Positions 16,709 to 26,505 of a stretch of DNA of 64,000 nt are shown here, piece by piece; position 1 is the stretch's first letter; each line of letters opens with the position of its first letter. A program made the position numbers and the translations under genes. Origin of the DNA: an uncultured Candidatus Saccharibacteria bacterium (lineage in GTDB: Bacteria; Patescibacteriota; Minisyncoccia; Phycocordibacterales; UBA2100); NCBI GenBank assembly GCA_964350885.1, contig CAYGKV010000005.1, positions 1,305 through 65,304 on the forward strand, written 5' to 3'. Below the pieces are notes generated by a model. That model worked only from the letters and a program-made list of their open reading frames with translations, did not search any database and was not told where the DNA came from.

Positions 16709-17927
16709 CGTTTTGGCATTGGGGATAGGGATCCCTCTCACCGTAGGCGCGGTCGCGTTTGCTGCGACGACACCGACCGTGTCCTATGTGAGAGATGCCG
16801 CGATTGCTATCGTCGAAGGGACTCCGCACATACCACCTGTCCTGCACGTCCGAACGCCAGAGAATGTGAAAGCGATTTACATGTCGCAGTGTGTGGTTGG
16901 TACGCCATCATTTAGAGATACGCTGGTAGAATTGATCGATTCGACGGAATTAAACGCCGTTGTGATAGATATTCGTGACTACACGGGCAAAATTGCATTT
17001 GAAACGGAGAATCCGATGCTTGCAGAATATGTGTCGGATGCGTGTGGCGCGAAAGATATGAAATCCTTTATCGAGAAACTGCACGAGAAAGACATTTATG
17101 TCATCGGGAGGATCACGACATTTCAGAATCCGGCATACATAAAGGCGCACCCAGAGCAGGCAGTACAAAAAAAGAGCGGAGGGGTGTGGAAAGACCACAA
17201 GGGTCTCGCTTTCGTCGATGTGGGCGCAAAACCATATTGGGAAACCGTGGTCGAGCTTTCGAAAGAGTCGTATGCGATTGGTTTCGATGAGCTCAATTTT
17301 GATTACATTCGGTTTCCGTCAGACGGCGACATGAAGGACATCACATTTACGTGGAGTGAAGGAAAAACAAAACAAGTGGCACTCGAAGAGTTTTTCAAGT
17401 ATTTGCACGAGCAACTTGAACCAATCCGTTCGAAAAACTCACGACAAATCGGCGTCGTCACATCTGCGGATCTCTTCGGTATGACAGCGACAAATAAAGA
17501 TGATCTAAACATCGGGCAGGTCCTTGAGCGCGCCCTGCCGTACTTTGATTACATCGACCCGATGGTCTATCCATCGCATTACCCGAGCGGTTTCAATGGG
17601 TATAAGGATGTCAACGCGCATTCGTACGACATCGTGCATATGTCGATGGTGGAGGCGGTACGACGCACGGTCGCAACGACGACCCTCATCGCTTCGTTTG
17701 CCTATACGCGTATCGGTACATCGACTCCGGCCGTGTATTCCAAGCCGTCGTATCCGGCTTCCAAGATACGCCCCTGGCTCCAATCGTTTGATTATCCTGT
17801 TACGTACACGCCGGAAATGGTGCAAGCGCAAATCAAGGCCAATGAAGATGCGGGTCTGGGCTCGTATCTTTTTTGGGATCCTGCCAACAAATACCGAAGT
17901 TTGAAGGCAATTTTGAAGGTACAATAG
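16686..17927 (+). CDS. membrane-anchored putative glycoside-hydrolase-like TIM-barrel protein (DUF4015/GHL-type)
   Basis: N-terminal TM/signal (ALGIGIPLTVGAVAFAA). FDELNFDYIRFPSDGD and the overall alternation resemble DUF4015 glycosyl-hydrolase-like proteins. Confidence 0.45.
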   Translation: MKKSWPSNVLALGIGIPLTVGAVAFAATTPTVSYVRDAAIAIVEGTPHIPPVLHVRTPENVKAIYMSQCVVGTPSFRDTLVELIDSTELNAVVIDIRDYTGKIAFETENPMLAEYVSDACGAKDMKSFIEKLHEKDIYVIGRITTFQNPAYIKAHPEQAVQKKSGGVWKDHKGLAFVDVGAKPYWETVVELSKESYAIGFDELNFDYIRFPSDGDMKDITFTWSEGKTKQVALEEFFKYLHEQLEPIRSKNSRQIGVVTSADLFGMTATNKDDLNIGQVLERALPYFDYIDPMVYPSHYPSGFNGYKDVNAHSYDIVHMSMVEAVRRTVATTTLIASFAYTRIGTSTPAVYSKPSYPASKIRPWLQSFDYPVTYTPEMVQAQIKANEDAGLGSYLFWDPANKYRSLKAILKVQ

Positions 17928-17928
17928 A

Positions 17929-19503
17929 GTGATGACGAGAATTGACGATCCGTCTCAGCGCATAGAATATCTCCGACGAACGGGAATGTCGGACAGTGTC
18001 ATCCTGAATCGGCTTGTGCTTGAAGGGTGGTCGGAAGAAGATTTTGCGCAGAAGTTTGCGCCGAGGATTACGTCGGCTCCTGAGGAGGAGACTCATCACG
18101 CGAAACTTTCACAGAAGGTGTCGTCGCACATTCCAATACCCACAATCGTACTTTCAATAGCGGCCTTCCTTGCGCTCGGTTTTGCGGGATATGTTATCTA
18201 TAAACCGCCCATGGTGTATTCGATATCGATGCCCGCAGCTAGCTCCGTAGCGGGACCAGCTCTTGTCTACGGTGCATTACCTGCGCTTTCGGATCCGAAT
18301 TATTACGAGAGTGTAAGGCAAAACTTTTCTAACCAGAAAGCCTCTTTCATCGATGCGAATCTTTCTGAAATGAAGCTCACTGTGTATTCAGAAGGTGTCT
18401 TAGCGTTAGAGATACCGATTCTTGCGAAAGGCAAGGTGGGTTCGTGGTGGGAGACTCCCGCGGGCATTTATCAGATCCACTCGAAAGAGAAGAATCATTT
18501 TTCTAGTTTTGGTCAGGTGAATCAACCGTGGAGCATTCAATTTCAAGGGAATTTTTTCATACACGGATGGCCTTCTTATGAAGACGGCACGCCAGTCTCC
18601 TCATCGTATTCAGGAGGCTGTATCCGACTCTCCACAGAGGACGCAAAAAAAGTGTATGATCTCGCCACAACAGGAATGCCAGTCGTCGTATACAGTGCAC
18701 CCGTTGCAGGAGACCGTTTCAACTACCAGCTAAAAACCCCGCCCGTGTCAGCAACGGGATATCTTGTTGCTGATGTGAGGAACGGCACGGTCCTCTCAAG
18801 CAAAAACGCTGCAATCGCGGCACCCATCGCTTCGATATCAAAGCTTGTCTCAGCATTGGTCGCCACAGAATACATAAATCTGGACAAGACGATTCACATT
18901 CCGGATGAAGCGATTGTATACACATCAATACCGCGTCTCAAGGCAGGTTCTGAGGTACGTGCATACGATCTCTTATTTCTCCTTTTGAAAGAATCGTCGA
19001 ATGAGGCAGCAGAGGCGCTTGCTGCTTCTCGCGGGCGTGCGCAATTCATTGCATACATGAACAGTAAAGCTGAAGCGATTAATCTCTCGCACACGGTATT
19101 TTCTGATCCCTCCGGTGCGAAGGGTGATTACTCGACTCCTCAGGATCTCTTCACCTTGTTGCGGTATATCTACGACAACCGACGCTTCGTGCTTGGAATC
19201 ACTTCGGGCAATATTACTGATAGCGCATATGGAGTGCCCGAGTTCAAAAGTATTCGCAACTTCAATATAATCAAAAACTCTCCGGCGAGATTGCTTGGAG
19301 GTAAAGTAGGGCAGACCAGAGAGGCATCTGAGACGTATGCAGGTATATTTGGTGTCAAGGTCGGAAGCGAAGAACGTGAAATTGCTATCATCGTACTTGG
19401 TTCGCGTGATGCGGAAGACGACGTGCGTAAACTCCTCAATTTTGTTCATGACCTATATGCTCCGGGAGAGCCTGGTGGACCGCAAGAGGTCATCTCTCGC
19501 TGA
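17929..19503 (+). CDS. bifunctional L,D-transpeptidase (YkuD domain) / serine-type D-Ala-D-Ala carboxypeptidase (PBP5-like) membrane protein
   Basis: TM helix (IVLSIAAFLALGFAGYVIY). YkuD catalytic region FFIHGWPSYEDGTPVSSSYSGGCIRLS (H...SxGCxR). C-terminal peptidase-S11-like region with an SxxK motif (APIASISKLVSALVA) and LGS...D motifs. Confidence 0.65.
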   Translation: MMTRIDDPSQRIEYLRRTGMSDSVILNRLVLEGWSEEDFAQKFAPRITSAPEEETHHAKLSQKVSSHIPIPTIVLSIAAFLALGFAGYVIYKPPMVYSISMPAASSVAGPALVYGALPALSDPNYYESVRQNFSNQKASFIDANLSEMKLTVYSEGVLALEIPILAKGKVGSWWETPAGIYQIHSKEKNHFSSFGQVNQPWSIQFQGNFFIHGWPSYEDGTPVSSSYSGGCIRLSTEDAKKVYDLATTGMPVVVYSAPVAGDRFNYQLKTPPVSATGYLVADVRNGTVLSSKNAAIAAPIASISKLVSALVATEYINLDKTIHIPDEAIVYTSIPRLKAGSEVRAYDLLFLLLKESSNEAAEALAASRGRAQFIAYMNSKAEAINLSHTVFSDPSGAKGDYSTPQDLFTLLRYIYDNRRFVLGITSGNITDSAYGVPEFKSIRNFNIIKNSPARLLGGKVGQTREASETYAGIFGVKVGSEEREIAIIVLGSRDAEDDVRKLLNFVHDLYAPGEPGGPQEVISR

Positions 19504-19528
19504 ACTTGTATACGGTATACTGATCGAT

Positions 19529-21379
19529 ATGAGTCAGGATCATCAAAACGATGATCGCCGCGTTACATATTTTGCGGCGACGCACACGCGCGGCAAACGC
19601 GACATGTTTGGTATCCGTGCGCTAGATCGCGGAAAGCACGTGTACGTTATCGGGAAGACAGGTATGGGTAAGTCAACTCTGTTGGAGAACATGGCGATAC
19701 AGGATATTCAGAATGGTGAGGGAATCGCCTTTATCGATCCGCATGGGTCAACTGCCGAAAAATTGCTCGATTTTGTGCCACATGATCGCATCAAGGATGT
19801 CGTATACTTCGCGCCCTTTGATACGGATTACCCCATCGGTTTTAACGTGATGGAAGATGTGGGATACGACAAGCGCCACCTCGTTGTCTCTGGGCTTATG
19901 GGAGCTCTCAAGCGTATTTGGGTGGACGCCTGGAGCGCGAGAATGGAATACATCTTGCAAAATACCCTTCTCGCGCTCCTTGAGTATCCGGACTCCACGC
20001 TCCTCGATGTGAATCGTATGCTTACCAACAAGACGTTTCGTCAGGCGGTGGTGGATAAGATTACCGACCCCATCGTGAAAGGATTTTGGACGGAAGAGTT
20101 TGCGGCCTTTACCGATACCTACACTCGTGAAGCGACACCGGCAATTCAGAACAAAATTGGACAATTTACCGCCAACCCGCTCATCCGCAACATCGTTGGA
20201 CAAGGCAAATCGTCATTTGATCTTCGGAAGATTATGGACGAGAAAAAGATCTTTATCGTCAACCTCTCCAAGGGTCGCATGGGAGAGAGCAATGCGTCGC
20301 TCCTCGGCAGCATGCTCGTTGTAAAGATTTACCTGGCGGCGATGTCGAGGGCCGACGAGCCGGCTGCCCGTATGGCCAAGTTGCCGCGTTGTTATTTTTA
20401 TGTCGACGAATTCCAGTCGATGATGAACGAATCGTTTGCAGACATTCTCTCTGAGTCTCGGAAGTATAAACTCGCTCTCACGCTCGCGAATCAGTACATA
20501 GAACAAATGGAGGAGGAAGTGCGCGATGCGGTGTTCGGCAACGTCGGTACGCTCATCGTATTTCGCGTCGGGCCGTTTGATGCGGAGGTACTCGAAACGG
20601 TTTTTGACCCGACGTTTACCCCTGAAGATTTGGTATCGCTCGGTATTGGGCAAATTTACCTTACTCTTATGATTGATGGCGTCGGCACGAAGCCGTTTTC
20701 TGCGGAAACAATTCCCCCCATCGACACTCCCGCCATCTCATATCGCGACGATTGTATCCGCACATCACGCGAGCTATATGGCCGAAAGCGTGCTGACATT
20801 GAAGCGTCGGTCAACAAAAAACAACTTGATTTTGCCCCGTCTCCCAAAAAAGAGAAGGTCTCGAAAGAAGGGAGCGCGTACGGGACGCGTCCGAGAAACG
20901 AAAACACTACTCCACGTCTTCCAGAAGAGTCATCTGCACCTCGCTCTACTCCCATGACGCATCCTGCGCCGCGCGCCGCCCCCCTCCCGCATCGCTCATT
21001 TGCGCACCCCGAATCTTCCGCTGAGCCGACCTTGGATCAGCGTAGCGCGTTGCGTGCGGCACTAGCCCATGCGCGCGCCGAGCCGCCAGCCTCTTCGCGT
21101 ACCGATACCATACGATCACCTGCAGAAATCTTGCGCGAACGACTTGCTCATAAAGTGGCACATACGCAGACTTCCAATCGACCTGTAGGAAATGCTATGG
21201 CTCGGCCCACCCCACCAGATCCCGCACCCCAAGTGAAGAATCAGAATCCCCAACAACCATCTGAGATCCCTTCTTCCACTCACAATTCGCGCGATACTGT
21301 AGCTCATGAGCGTAGCGGGGAGGTCTCTCCGGAAATCCTTAAGCAGATACTTCGCGACAACGGTGGCTCACGAGAGTAG
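19529..21379 (+). CDS. FtsK/HerA-superfamily P-loop ATPase, TraD/TraG/VirD4 coupling-protein-like, with Pro/Ser/Ala-rich C-terminal tail
   Basis: Walker A VIGKTGMGKSTLL with FIDPHG. Walker B-like CYFYVDEFQ. ...LANQY... Central region resembles type-IV coupling protein / DUF87 ATPases. No N-terminal TM. The last ~190 aa are low complexity. Confidence 0.55.
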   Translation: MSQDHQNDDRRVTYFAATHTRGKRDMFGIRALDRGKHVYVIGKTGMGKSTLLENMAIQDIQNGEGIAFIDPHGSTAEKLLDFVPHDRIKDVVYFAPFDTDYPIGFNVMEDVGYDKRHLVVSGLMGALKRIWVDAWSARMEYILQNTLLALLEYPDSTLLDVNRMLTNKTFRQAVVDKITDPIVKGFWTEEFAAFTDTYTREATPAIQNKIGQFTANPLIRNIVGQGKSSFDLRKIMDEKKIFIVNLSKGRMGESNASLLGSMLVVKIYLAAMSRADEPAARMAKLPRCYFYVDEFQSMMNESFADILSESRKYKLALTLANQYIEQMEEEVRDAVFGNVGTLIVFRVGPFDAEVLETVFDPTFTPEDLVSLGIGQIYLTLMIDGVGTKPFSAETIPPIDTPAISYRDDCIRTSRELYGRKRADIEASVNKKQLDFAPSPKKEKVSKEGSAYGTRPRNENTTPRLPEESSAPRSTPMTHPAPRAAPLPHRSFAHPESSAEPTLDQRSALRAALAHARAEPPASSRTDTIRSPAEILRERLAHKVAHTQTSNRPVGNAMARPTPPDPAPQVKNQNPQQPSEIPSSTHNSRDTVAHERSGEVSPEILKQILRDNGGSRE

Positions 21380-22187
21380 GTGGCTTTTTGCTTTTTTTGT
21401 AGCGGCTGCATTGTTCCCCAATGGGGCTTTAGCACAGGTCGTGATTACCGAGATCATGTACGATCTAGAGAGCGGCGCGGATGGTGGTAGAGAGTGGGTC
21501 GAGGTTTTTAATACGGGGACGACACCGATAGCACTCAAAACGTGGAGAGTATTTGAGAACGGGACTGCGCACAAAATCACTCCGGTTTCTGGAGAGGAGA
21601 TGCTCCCCCCAGGCGCGTATGCGGTGATCGCGGACAATGCAGCGAAATTTAGATCCGACTGGCCGCACTATGGAGGGCAGCTTTTTGACAGCGCCTTCAG
21701 CTTGAGCAACAGCGGTGAGACGATCGTGCTCCGTAATGCGAGTAGCACCGATATCGACACAGCCACGTATCAAAATATCGAAGCTGCAGGTGACGGAAAT
21801 TCCCTCAACCGTACAAGTAGCGGGGCTCCCTTTATTTCTCGTTCACCGAGTCCTGGTAGTGCAATATCGGTGAGTGCTCTCGCTCCTCCGCCGAAAGAAG
21901 CGGCACCGAATACGGCGCAGAAGCCGAAAAAATCGGTAGCGGAAGATCCTGTTGCCGCGCCAACGCCCATGAAGATATATTCCGACGAAATGCAACCAGA
22001 AAGTGCAGCGCCTGCATTACCGGAGACATCCCCATACGTTGCTTCTGTCGCGGCTTCGGGAGGTTCGTGGGTATGGTGGCTTGGGGCAGTCGCACTCGCG
22101 ATAGTTGCATTTGGAGCCCTCTTTATCGCGCGGCGTGTTGCCAAGGATGAATGGGACATCATTGAAGAAACTCCAGAAACACGATAG
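21306..22187 (+). CDS. lamin-tail-domain (LTD) protein with N-terminal signal peptide and C-terminal TM anchor
   Basis: VVITEIMYDLESGADGGREWVEVFNTGTTPIAL...GETIVLRNASS is the LTD signature. Signal-like WLFAFFVAAALFPNGALAQ. C-terminal WVWWLGAVALAIVAFGALFI. The 5' end, and its overlap with the upstream gene, is uncertain. Confidence 0.6.
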   Translation: MSVAGRSLRKSLSRYFATTVAHESRWLFAFFVAAALFPNGALAQVVITEIMYDLESGADGGREWVEVFNTGTTPIALKTWRVFENGTAHKITPVSGEEMLPPGAYAVIADNAAKFRSDWPHYGGQLFDSAFSLSNSGETIVLRNASSTDIDTATYQNIEAAGDGNSLNRTSSGAPFISRSPSPGSAISVSALAPPPKEAAPNTAQKPKKSVAEDPVAAPTPMKIYSDEMQPESAAPALPETSPYVASVAASGGSWVWWLGAVALAIVAFGALFIARRVAKDEWDIIEETPETR

Positions 22188-22197
22188 TGTATGAGAA

Positions 22198-23076
22198 ATG
22201 AGCATAGAAAATAAAGTGATACTGGTTACAGGAGGAGCGGGATTCGTGGGTGGCAATCTCATCAAGCGGATCGTAGCCGATGGTCATCGAGTCATTTCGC
22301 TCGATGTCTACTTCTCCGGCACGAAAGATACGCACGTCGCGGGGGTGGAATATCGTGAGGGGCACACGAAAGATATTGAGCGGCTTATACCAGAACAAAT
22401 TGATGTCATATACCATCTCGGGGAATACGCGCGTGTCGAACAAAGTCTCGCAGAGCCGGACGTGGTGTGGGATCTCAATATGGCGGGCACCTTTGCGGTT
22501 GCGGAGTACTGGAGGAAGCGTGCTCTGGAAGGTAAAGCCTGCAAGCTCATTTATGCTGGATCTTCGACAAAATTTGGCGATGCAGGGCTTGCACGCGACG
22601 CGACCCCGTATGCGTGGATCAAGGCGACGAATACCGAACTCGTCCGCAATTACGGCGCATGGTACAAGCTTCCATACGCAGTTACCTATTTCTACAATGT
22701 CTACGGCCCCGGCGAACGCACAGGTCGTTACGGCACCGTGATTGCAATATTCGCTGATATGGCACGCAAAGGCCAACCAATCACTGTTACGTCCCCAGGT
22801 ACGCAAAAACGCAATTTCACGCACATCGATGACATCGTCGACGGGCTTGTTCTCGTCGGCGAAAAGGGGGAGGGTGATGGCTATGGTCTTGGTGCCGAAA
22901 AAGAATTTTCGATTCTCGAGGTCGCAAAAATGTTTTCCGACAACATTACGATGCTTCCCGAACGTGCCGGGAACCGGTCGGGCTCGGGAATTGATAATGC
23001 AAAAGCGAAAGCGCTCGGTTGGAAACAGAAGCATGACCTCCCCGACTACATCGCGAGTCTCGTCTCGCGCGCATGA
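22198..23076 (+). CDS. NAD-dependent epimerase/dehydratase (short SDR, UDP-sugar 4-epimerase-like)
   Basis: ILVTGGAGFVGGNLIKRI (Rossmann GxxGxxG)...Y..K catalytic pair region. Confidence 0.7.
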   Translation: MSIENKVILVTGGAGFVGGNLIKRIVADGHRVISLDVYFSGTKDTHVAGVEYREGHTKDIERLIPEQIDVIYHLGEYARVEQSLAEPDVVWDLNMAGTFAVAEYWRKRALEGKACKLIYAGSSTKFGDAGLARDATPYAWIKATNTELVRNYGAWYKLPYAVTYFYNVYGPGERTGRYGTVIAIFADMARKGQPITVTSPGTQKRNFTHIDDIVDGLVLVGEKGEGDGYGLGAEKEFSILEVAKMFSDNITMLPERAGNRSGSGIDNAKAKALGWKQKHDLPDYIASLVSRA

Positions 23077-24284
23077 AAAAAAAGATTCTCATTTTCTCCC
23101 TCTCGTACTACCCGAGATTTATCGGTGGTGCTGAGATGGCGATTAAGGAAATTACAGACCGGATCGATGATGCGGAGATAGAATTTCATATGGTGACGCT
23201 GCGATTTGATTCAGCGTTGCCCAAGATTGAACGTGTAGGGAATGTATTGGTGCATCGCATTGGTTTTACGCACTCGCACCCATCCATTGATGATCTGAGC
23301 CGATTTCCGCTCCACCTCAACAAGCACCTCTTTCAGTTTCTTGCGGCCTGGAAAGCCCTCTCGCTTCACCGCATGCACAGCTATGATGCGATCTGGGCGA
23401 TGATGGCACACTCGAGCGGTATTCCCGCGGTGATTTTTAAGCTCCTCCATCCGAAGGTCCCCTACATTTTGACGCTTCAAGAAGGAGATAAACCCGAAAA
23501 GATCGAGCGGATGATGGTGCCGCTCTGGCCGCTTTTCACGCGCGTTTTCAAACGTGCCGACGTTATTCAAGTCATCTCGACGTTTCTTGGGAAATGGGCG
23601 CGTCGGCGAGGTTTTGCAGGTCGACTTGAGGTGATTCCCAATGGCGTGGACGTGGCACATTTCTCGCGCGAGGAAATGCCTGCGGTCGTGAACGAGGTAA
23701 AAGATGCGCTCGCGAAAAAGATGGGGGATATATTTCTTGTTACAACGTCGCGCCTCGTGCGCAAAAATGCTGTCGATATCGTAATCTCCGCACTCCCGCT
23801 TCTTCCCGAGAACGTGCGTTTTATCGTTATCGGTGCAGGGCCCGACGACCTTTCTTTGAAGCGGCTCGCGCGGGAGCGCAATGTGGCGGAGCGCGTGCGA
23901 TTTGTTGGAGAAGTTCCGAATGCCGATCTGCCGAAATATTTGCGTGCATGTGACATATTTGTTCGTCCATCGCGCTCCGAAGGTCTCGGCACTTCTTTCG
24001 TCGAGGCGTTCGCGGCAGGTATCCCCGTCATTGCGACGCAAGAGGGAGGTATCGCCGATTTTCTTTTTGATGAAAAACGTAATCCCGACATGCCCATTAC
24101 CGGCTGGGCAGTGGATGTAGATTCTCCCGAGCAGGTGGCTCAAGCGGTGAAAGACATCATGAATAATCCAGAGAAAGCGCGCGCGGTCGTTGCGACCGCG
24201 CGCGCATTGGCTGTGGAGAAATACGATTGGAACATCGTCGCACTCGCCATGCGGGAGAAGGTGTTTTTGCCGCTTTTAGGGTGA
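23073..24284 (+). CDS. glycosyltransferase family 4
   Basis: N-terminal MKKKILIFSLSYYPRFIGGAE and a C-terminal Glycos_transf_1-like region (...RPSRSEGLGTSFVEAFAAGIPVIAT). Confidence 0.75.
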   Translation: MKKKILIFSLSYYPRFIGGAEMAIKEITDRIDDAEIEFHMVTLRFDSALPKIERVGNVLVHRIGFTHSHPSIDDLSRFPLHLNKHLFQFLAAWKALSLHRMHSYDAIWAMMAHSSGIPAVIFKLLHPKVPYILTLQEGDKPEKIERMMVPLWPLFTRVFKRADVIQVISTFLGKWARRRGFAGRLEVIPNGVDVAHFSREEMPAVVNEVKDALAKKMGDIFLVTTSRLVRKNAVDIVISALPLLPENVRFIVIGAGPDDLSLKRLARERNVAERVRFVGEVPNADLPKYLRACDIFVRPSRSEGLGTSFVEAFAAGIPVIATQEGGIADFLFDEKRNPDMPITGWAVDVDSPEQVAQAVKDIMNNPEKARAVVATARALAVEKYDWNIVALAMREKVFLPLLG

Positions 24285-24349
24285 GTGGATAACGCATTAG
24301 GATAAGTGCTCCTGAAGGTGTCTGATGATGTAAGAAAGGAGGGCCAAAC

Positions 24350-24487
24350 ATGGACATGAACAAACTCGTTTGGTTCTTTTGCGGCGGGTGGCTTATCGTG
24401 TTGGCGGAAGCCTACACTCAAGCTGCCGAAAAGGCAGCTAAGGAAGCTGCTGACCACATCTCAGGGCGAACCCATGGCCGCCGCTGA
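24350..24487 (+). CDS. candidate small protein (45 aa, one TM) with a strong Shine-Dalgarno
   Basis: AAAGGAGGG lies 7 nt upstream of the ATG at 24350. It encodes MDMNKLVWFFCGGWLIVLAEAYTQAAEKAAKEAADHISGRTHGRR. Not in the ORF track because it is under 60 aa. Confidence 0.35.
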   Translation: MDMNKLVWFFCGGWLIVLAEAYTQAAEKAAKEAADHISGRTHGRR

Positions 24488-24542
24488 GAACACTACGAAA
24501 ATGGGACGCATCTTCGCGCCCCATTCTTCTTTGCTATAGTGC

Positions 24543-25598
24543 GTGGTAATGAAGCGCATTGCGGTTGTTGGGGGCGGGATATTCGGTGCGACAGCCGCGA
24601 TTTTTGCCGCACGCGCAGGGCACGAAGTGCATCTCTTTGAAAAGGAGAGCGATCTCCTACAAGCAGCCTCCGGCATCAATCAATATCGACTTCATCGCGG
24701 ATACCATTATCCGCGAAGTCCTGAGACGGCGCTTTCTGCACAGAAAGCGGAGAGAACATTTCGTGAGGAATATGGTGAGGCTGTCATTGATGGCGGTCGG
24801 CATCTGTACGGCATTGCGCGAGAGGGGAGCTTGGTAAGCGCCGCGCAGTTTCTGGATTTTTGTGATTCACAACAACTCGAATACAAAAAAGTGGAAGTAC
24901 CGGAACTTGCTGACCCCAGAATGGTCGAGCTTGTGATCGAGGGCAAAGAGGCGCGATTTGAGCCGGACACGCTCCGTGCAGTCGCCAAGAGGAAGCTGAC
25001 GGAAAGCGGTGTGCAGGTACACCTCAATACACTGGCGGGTCCGCAGCTCGCTGAATCGTTCGACGCGATCATCATCGCGACGTATGCCAATACCAGCGAA
25101 GTGCTTGGGATTTTCACGGAGGCAAGACAAGAATATCAGTACGAGGTGTGTGAAAAGCCAGTCGTATCGCTTCCCGCGAGCTTCGGCCTCACGGACCTCG
25201 TCATTCTCGATGGCCCTTTCATGTGCGTGGATCCACTCGGCACAAGCGGCCTCTATGTGCTGGGCAACGTCGTGCACGCGATACATGCGACCAACGTAGG
25301 CTACAAGCCCGAAGTACCGGAGCACCTGAAGCCATTTCTCAACAAAGGGACTATAAAAAATCCGCCCGTGACGCGTTTTGGAGCATTTATCGAAGCGGGC
25401 GTGCCGTTCATCCCACTCCTCAAAGAGGCGAAACATGTGGGATCGCTCTATACCATCCGCACGGTCTTGCCACGCATGGAAAAGACCGATGCGCGACCGA
25501 CCTTGGTGACACCACTCGGCGAAAAGTGCATCCAGATATTCTCTGGGAAAATCGGGAACTGCGTCGACGCGGCGAAAGAGGCAGTGAGTCTTATTTAA
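24543..25598 (+). CDS. FAD/NAD(P)-binding oxidoreductase
   Basis: KRIAVVGGGIFGATAAIFAARAGHEVHLFEK is a classic dinucleotide-binding beta-alpha-beta motif with the acidic residue at its end. Confidence 0.65.
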   Translation: MVMKRIAVVGGGIFGATAAIFAARAGHEVHLFEKESDLLQAASGINQYRLHRGYHYPRSPETALSAQKAERTFREEYGEAVIDGGRHLYGIAREGSLVSAAQFLDFCDSQQLEYKKVEVPELADPRMVELVIEGKEARFEPDTLRAVAKRKLTESGVQVHLNTLAGPQLAESFDAIIIATYANTSEVLGIFTEARQEYQYEVCEKPVVSLPASFGLTDLVILDGPFMCVDPLGTSGLYVLGNVVHAIHATNVGYKPEVPEHLKPFLNKGTIKNPPVTRFGAFIEAGVPFIPLLKEAKHVGSLYTIRTVLPRMEKTDARPTLVTPLGEKCIQIFSGKIGNCVDAAKEAVSLI

Positions 25599-26460
25599 GC
25601 ATTTCGTGGATCTCGAGTACTCGTGCGCCGAAGTCTCCGGCGGTCGGTGGCGTTTCTCCACCGCGGACGGCATCGAGGAAAACTCGTATCTCCTCCGCGA
25701 GCGCCGTTTTGGAGCTCTCGAAGATAATCTCGTCGCCTTTATATAACCTCGTGCCATTCCACATGAGCGTCGTGTCATCTTCGAGAGTCATGGTCACCGT
25801 GTGCACCGTTTCTTTCGAGAGTCGGTCAATGTTTGAGGTGAATTCACAGTTTTTGTATGAAAGTATTACTTCGACGCGATCACATTTTGTTTCTCCCCCT
25901 TCGCGTTTTGTTACGGACGCGGTCTCAGGCGTGCCGAGCAAATCGCAGGCGAGCGAGAGGTGATGGGTGAGAAGATTCATTTCTATCCACTCAGTAAACG
26001 TCCCGTATTTTTTCCAGATACACTCGACGCGTTTTAAGGTCTTGCCTTCTAAGAGGCGCTTTAATTCCTGGTAGACAGGGTGATAGATGAATACATAGCC
26101 GGTCATGAGTATTCGATTCTGCTTCTCCGCTAACGCGACGAGAGCGCGTGCCTGTGAGGCGGTTTCAGCCAGCGGTTTTTCGCAGAGCACATGTTTGCCT
26201 GCCATGAGGAATGTTTCTGTCATGTCTGCGTGCGTCGCAATGGGAGTGGCAACCGCCACCGCGTCTATGTCGCTTTCGGCGCTTATCTCTCCGACTTCCT
26301 GTTTTTTTGCATGCGGTATGTTTTCTTGGGCCCACGTCTCATTGTCAGCAGAACTCTGTGATGCGTATGCCACCAAATCGCTCGCCGAGGCGAGCTCGCG
26401 GGCCACGTTCTTGCCCCACCTACCCACACCGATTACTGCCGTTTTGATTGGTTGCGCCAT
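25591..26460 (-). CDS. Gfo/Idh/MocA-family NAD(P)-dependent oxidoreductase (sugar dehydrogenase-like)
   Basis: IKTAVIGVGRWGKNVAREL...VATPIATHADM...AGKHVLCEKPLA are GFO_IDH_MocA N-terminal motifs. Confidence 0.7.
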   Translation of the reverse strand: MAQPIKTAVIGVGRWGKNVARELASASDLVAYASQSSADNETWAQENIPHAKKQEVGEISAESDIDAVAVATPIATHADMTETFLMAGKHVLCEKPLAETASQARALVALAEKQNRILMTGYVFIYHPVYQELKRLLEGKTLKRVECIWKKYGTFTEWIEMNLLTHHLSLACDLLGTPETASVTKREGGETKCDRVEVILSYKNCEFTSNIDRLSKETVHTVTMTLEDDTTLMWNGTRLYKGDEIIFESSKTALAEEIRVFLDAVRGGETPPTAGDFGARVLEIHEMLK

Positions 26461-26505
26461 AGGTATACTATGCGTGAATCATCGCTCAACTGCAATGTAC
26501 ATACT

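Noticed and set aside
22159-23034. 291-aa minus-strand ORF overlapping the epimerase gene
   Set aside because: The plus-strand frame has an unambiguous Rossmann GxxGxxG and SDR motifs. The antisense frame has no recognisable features.
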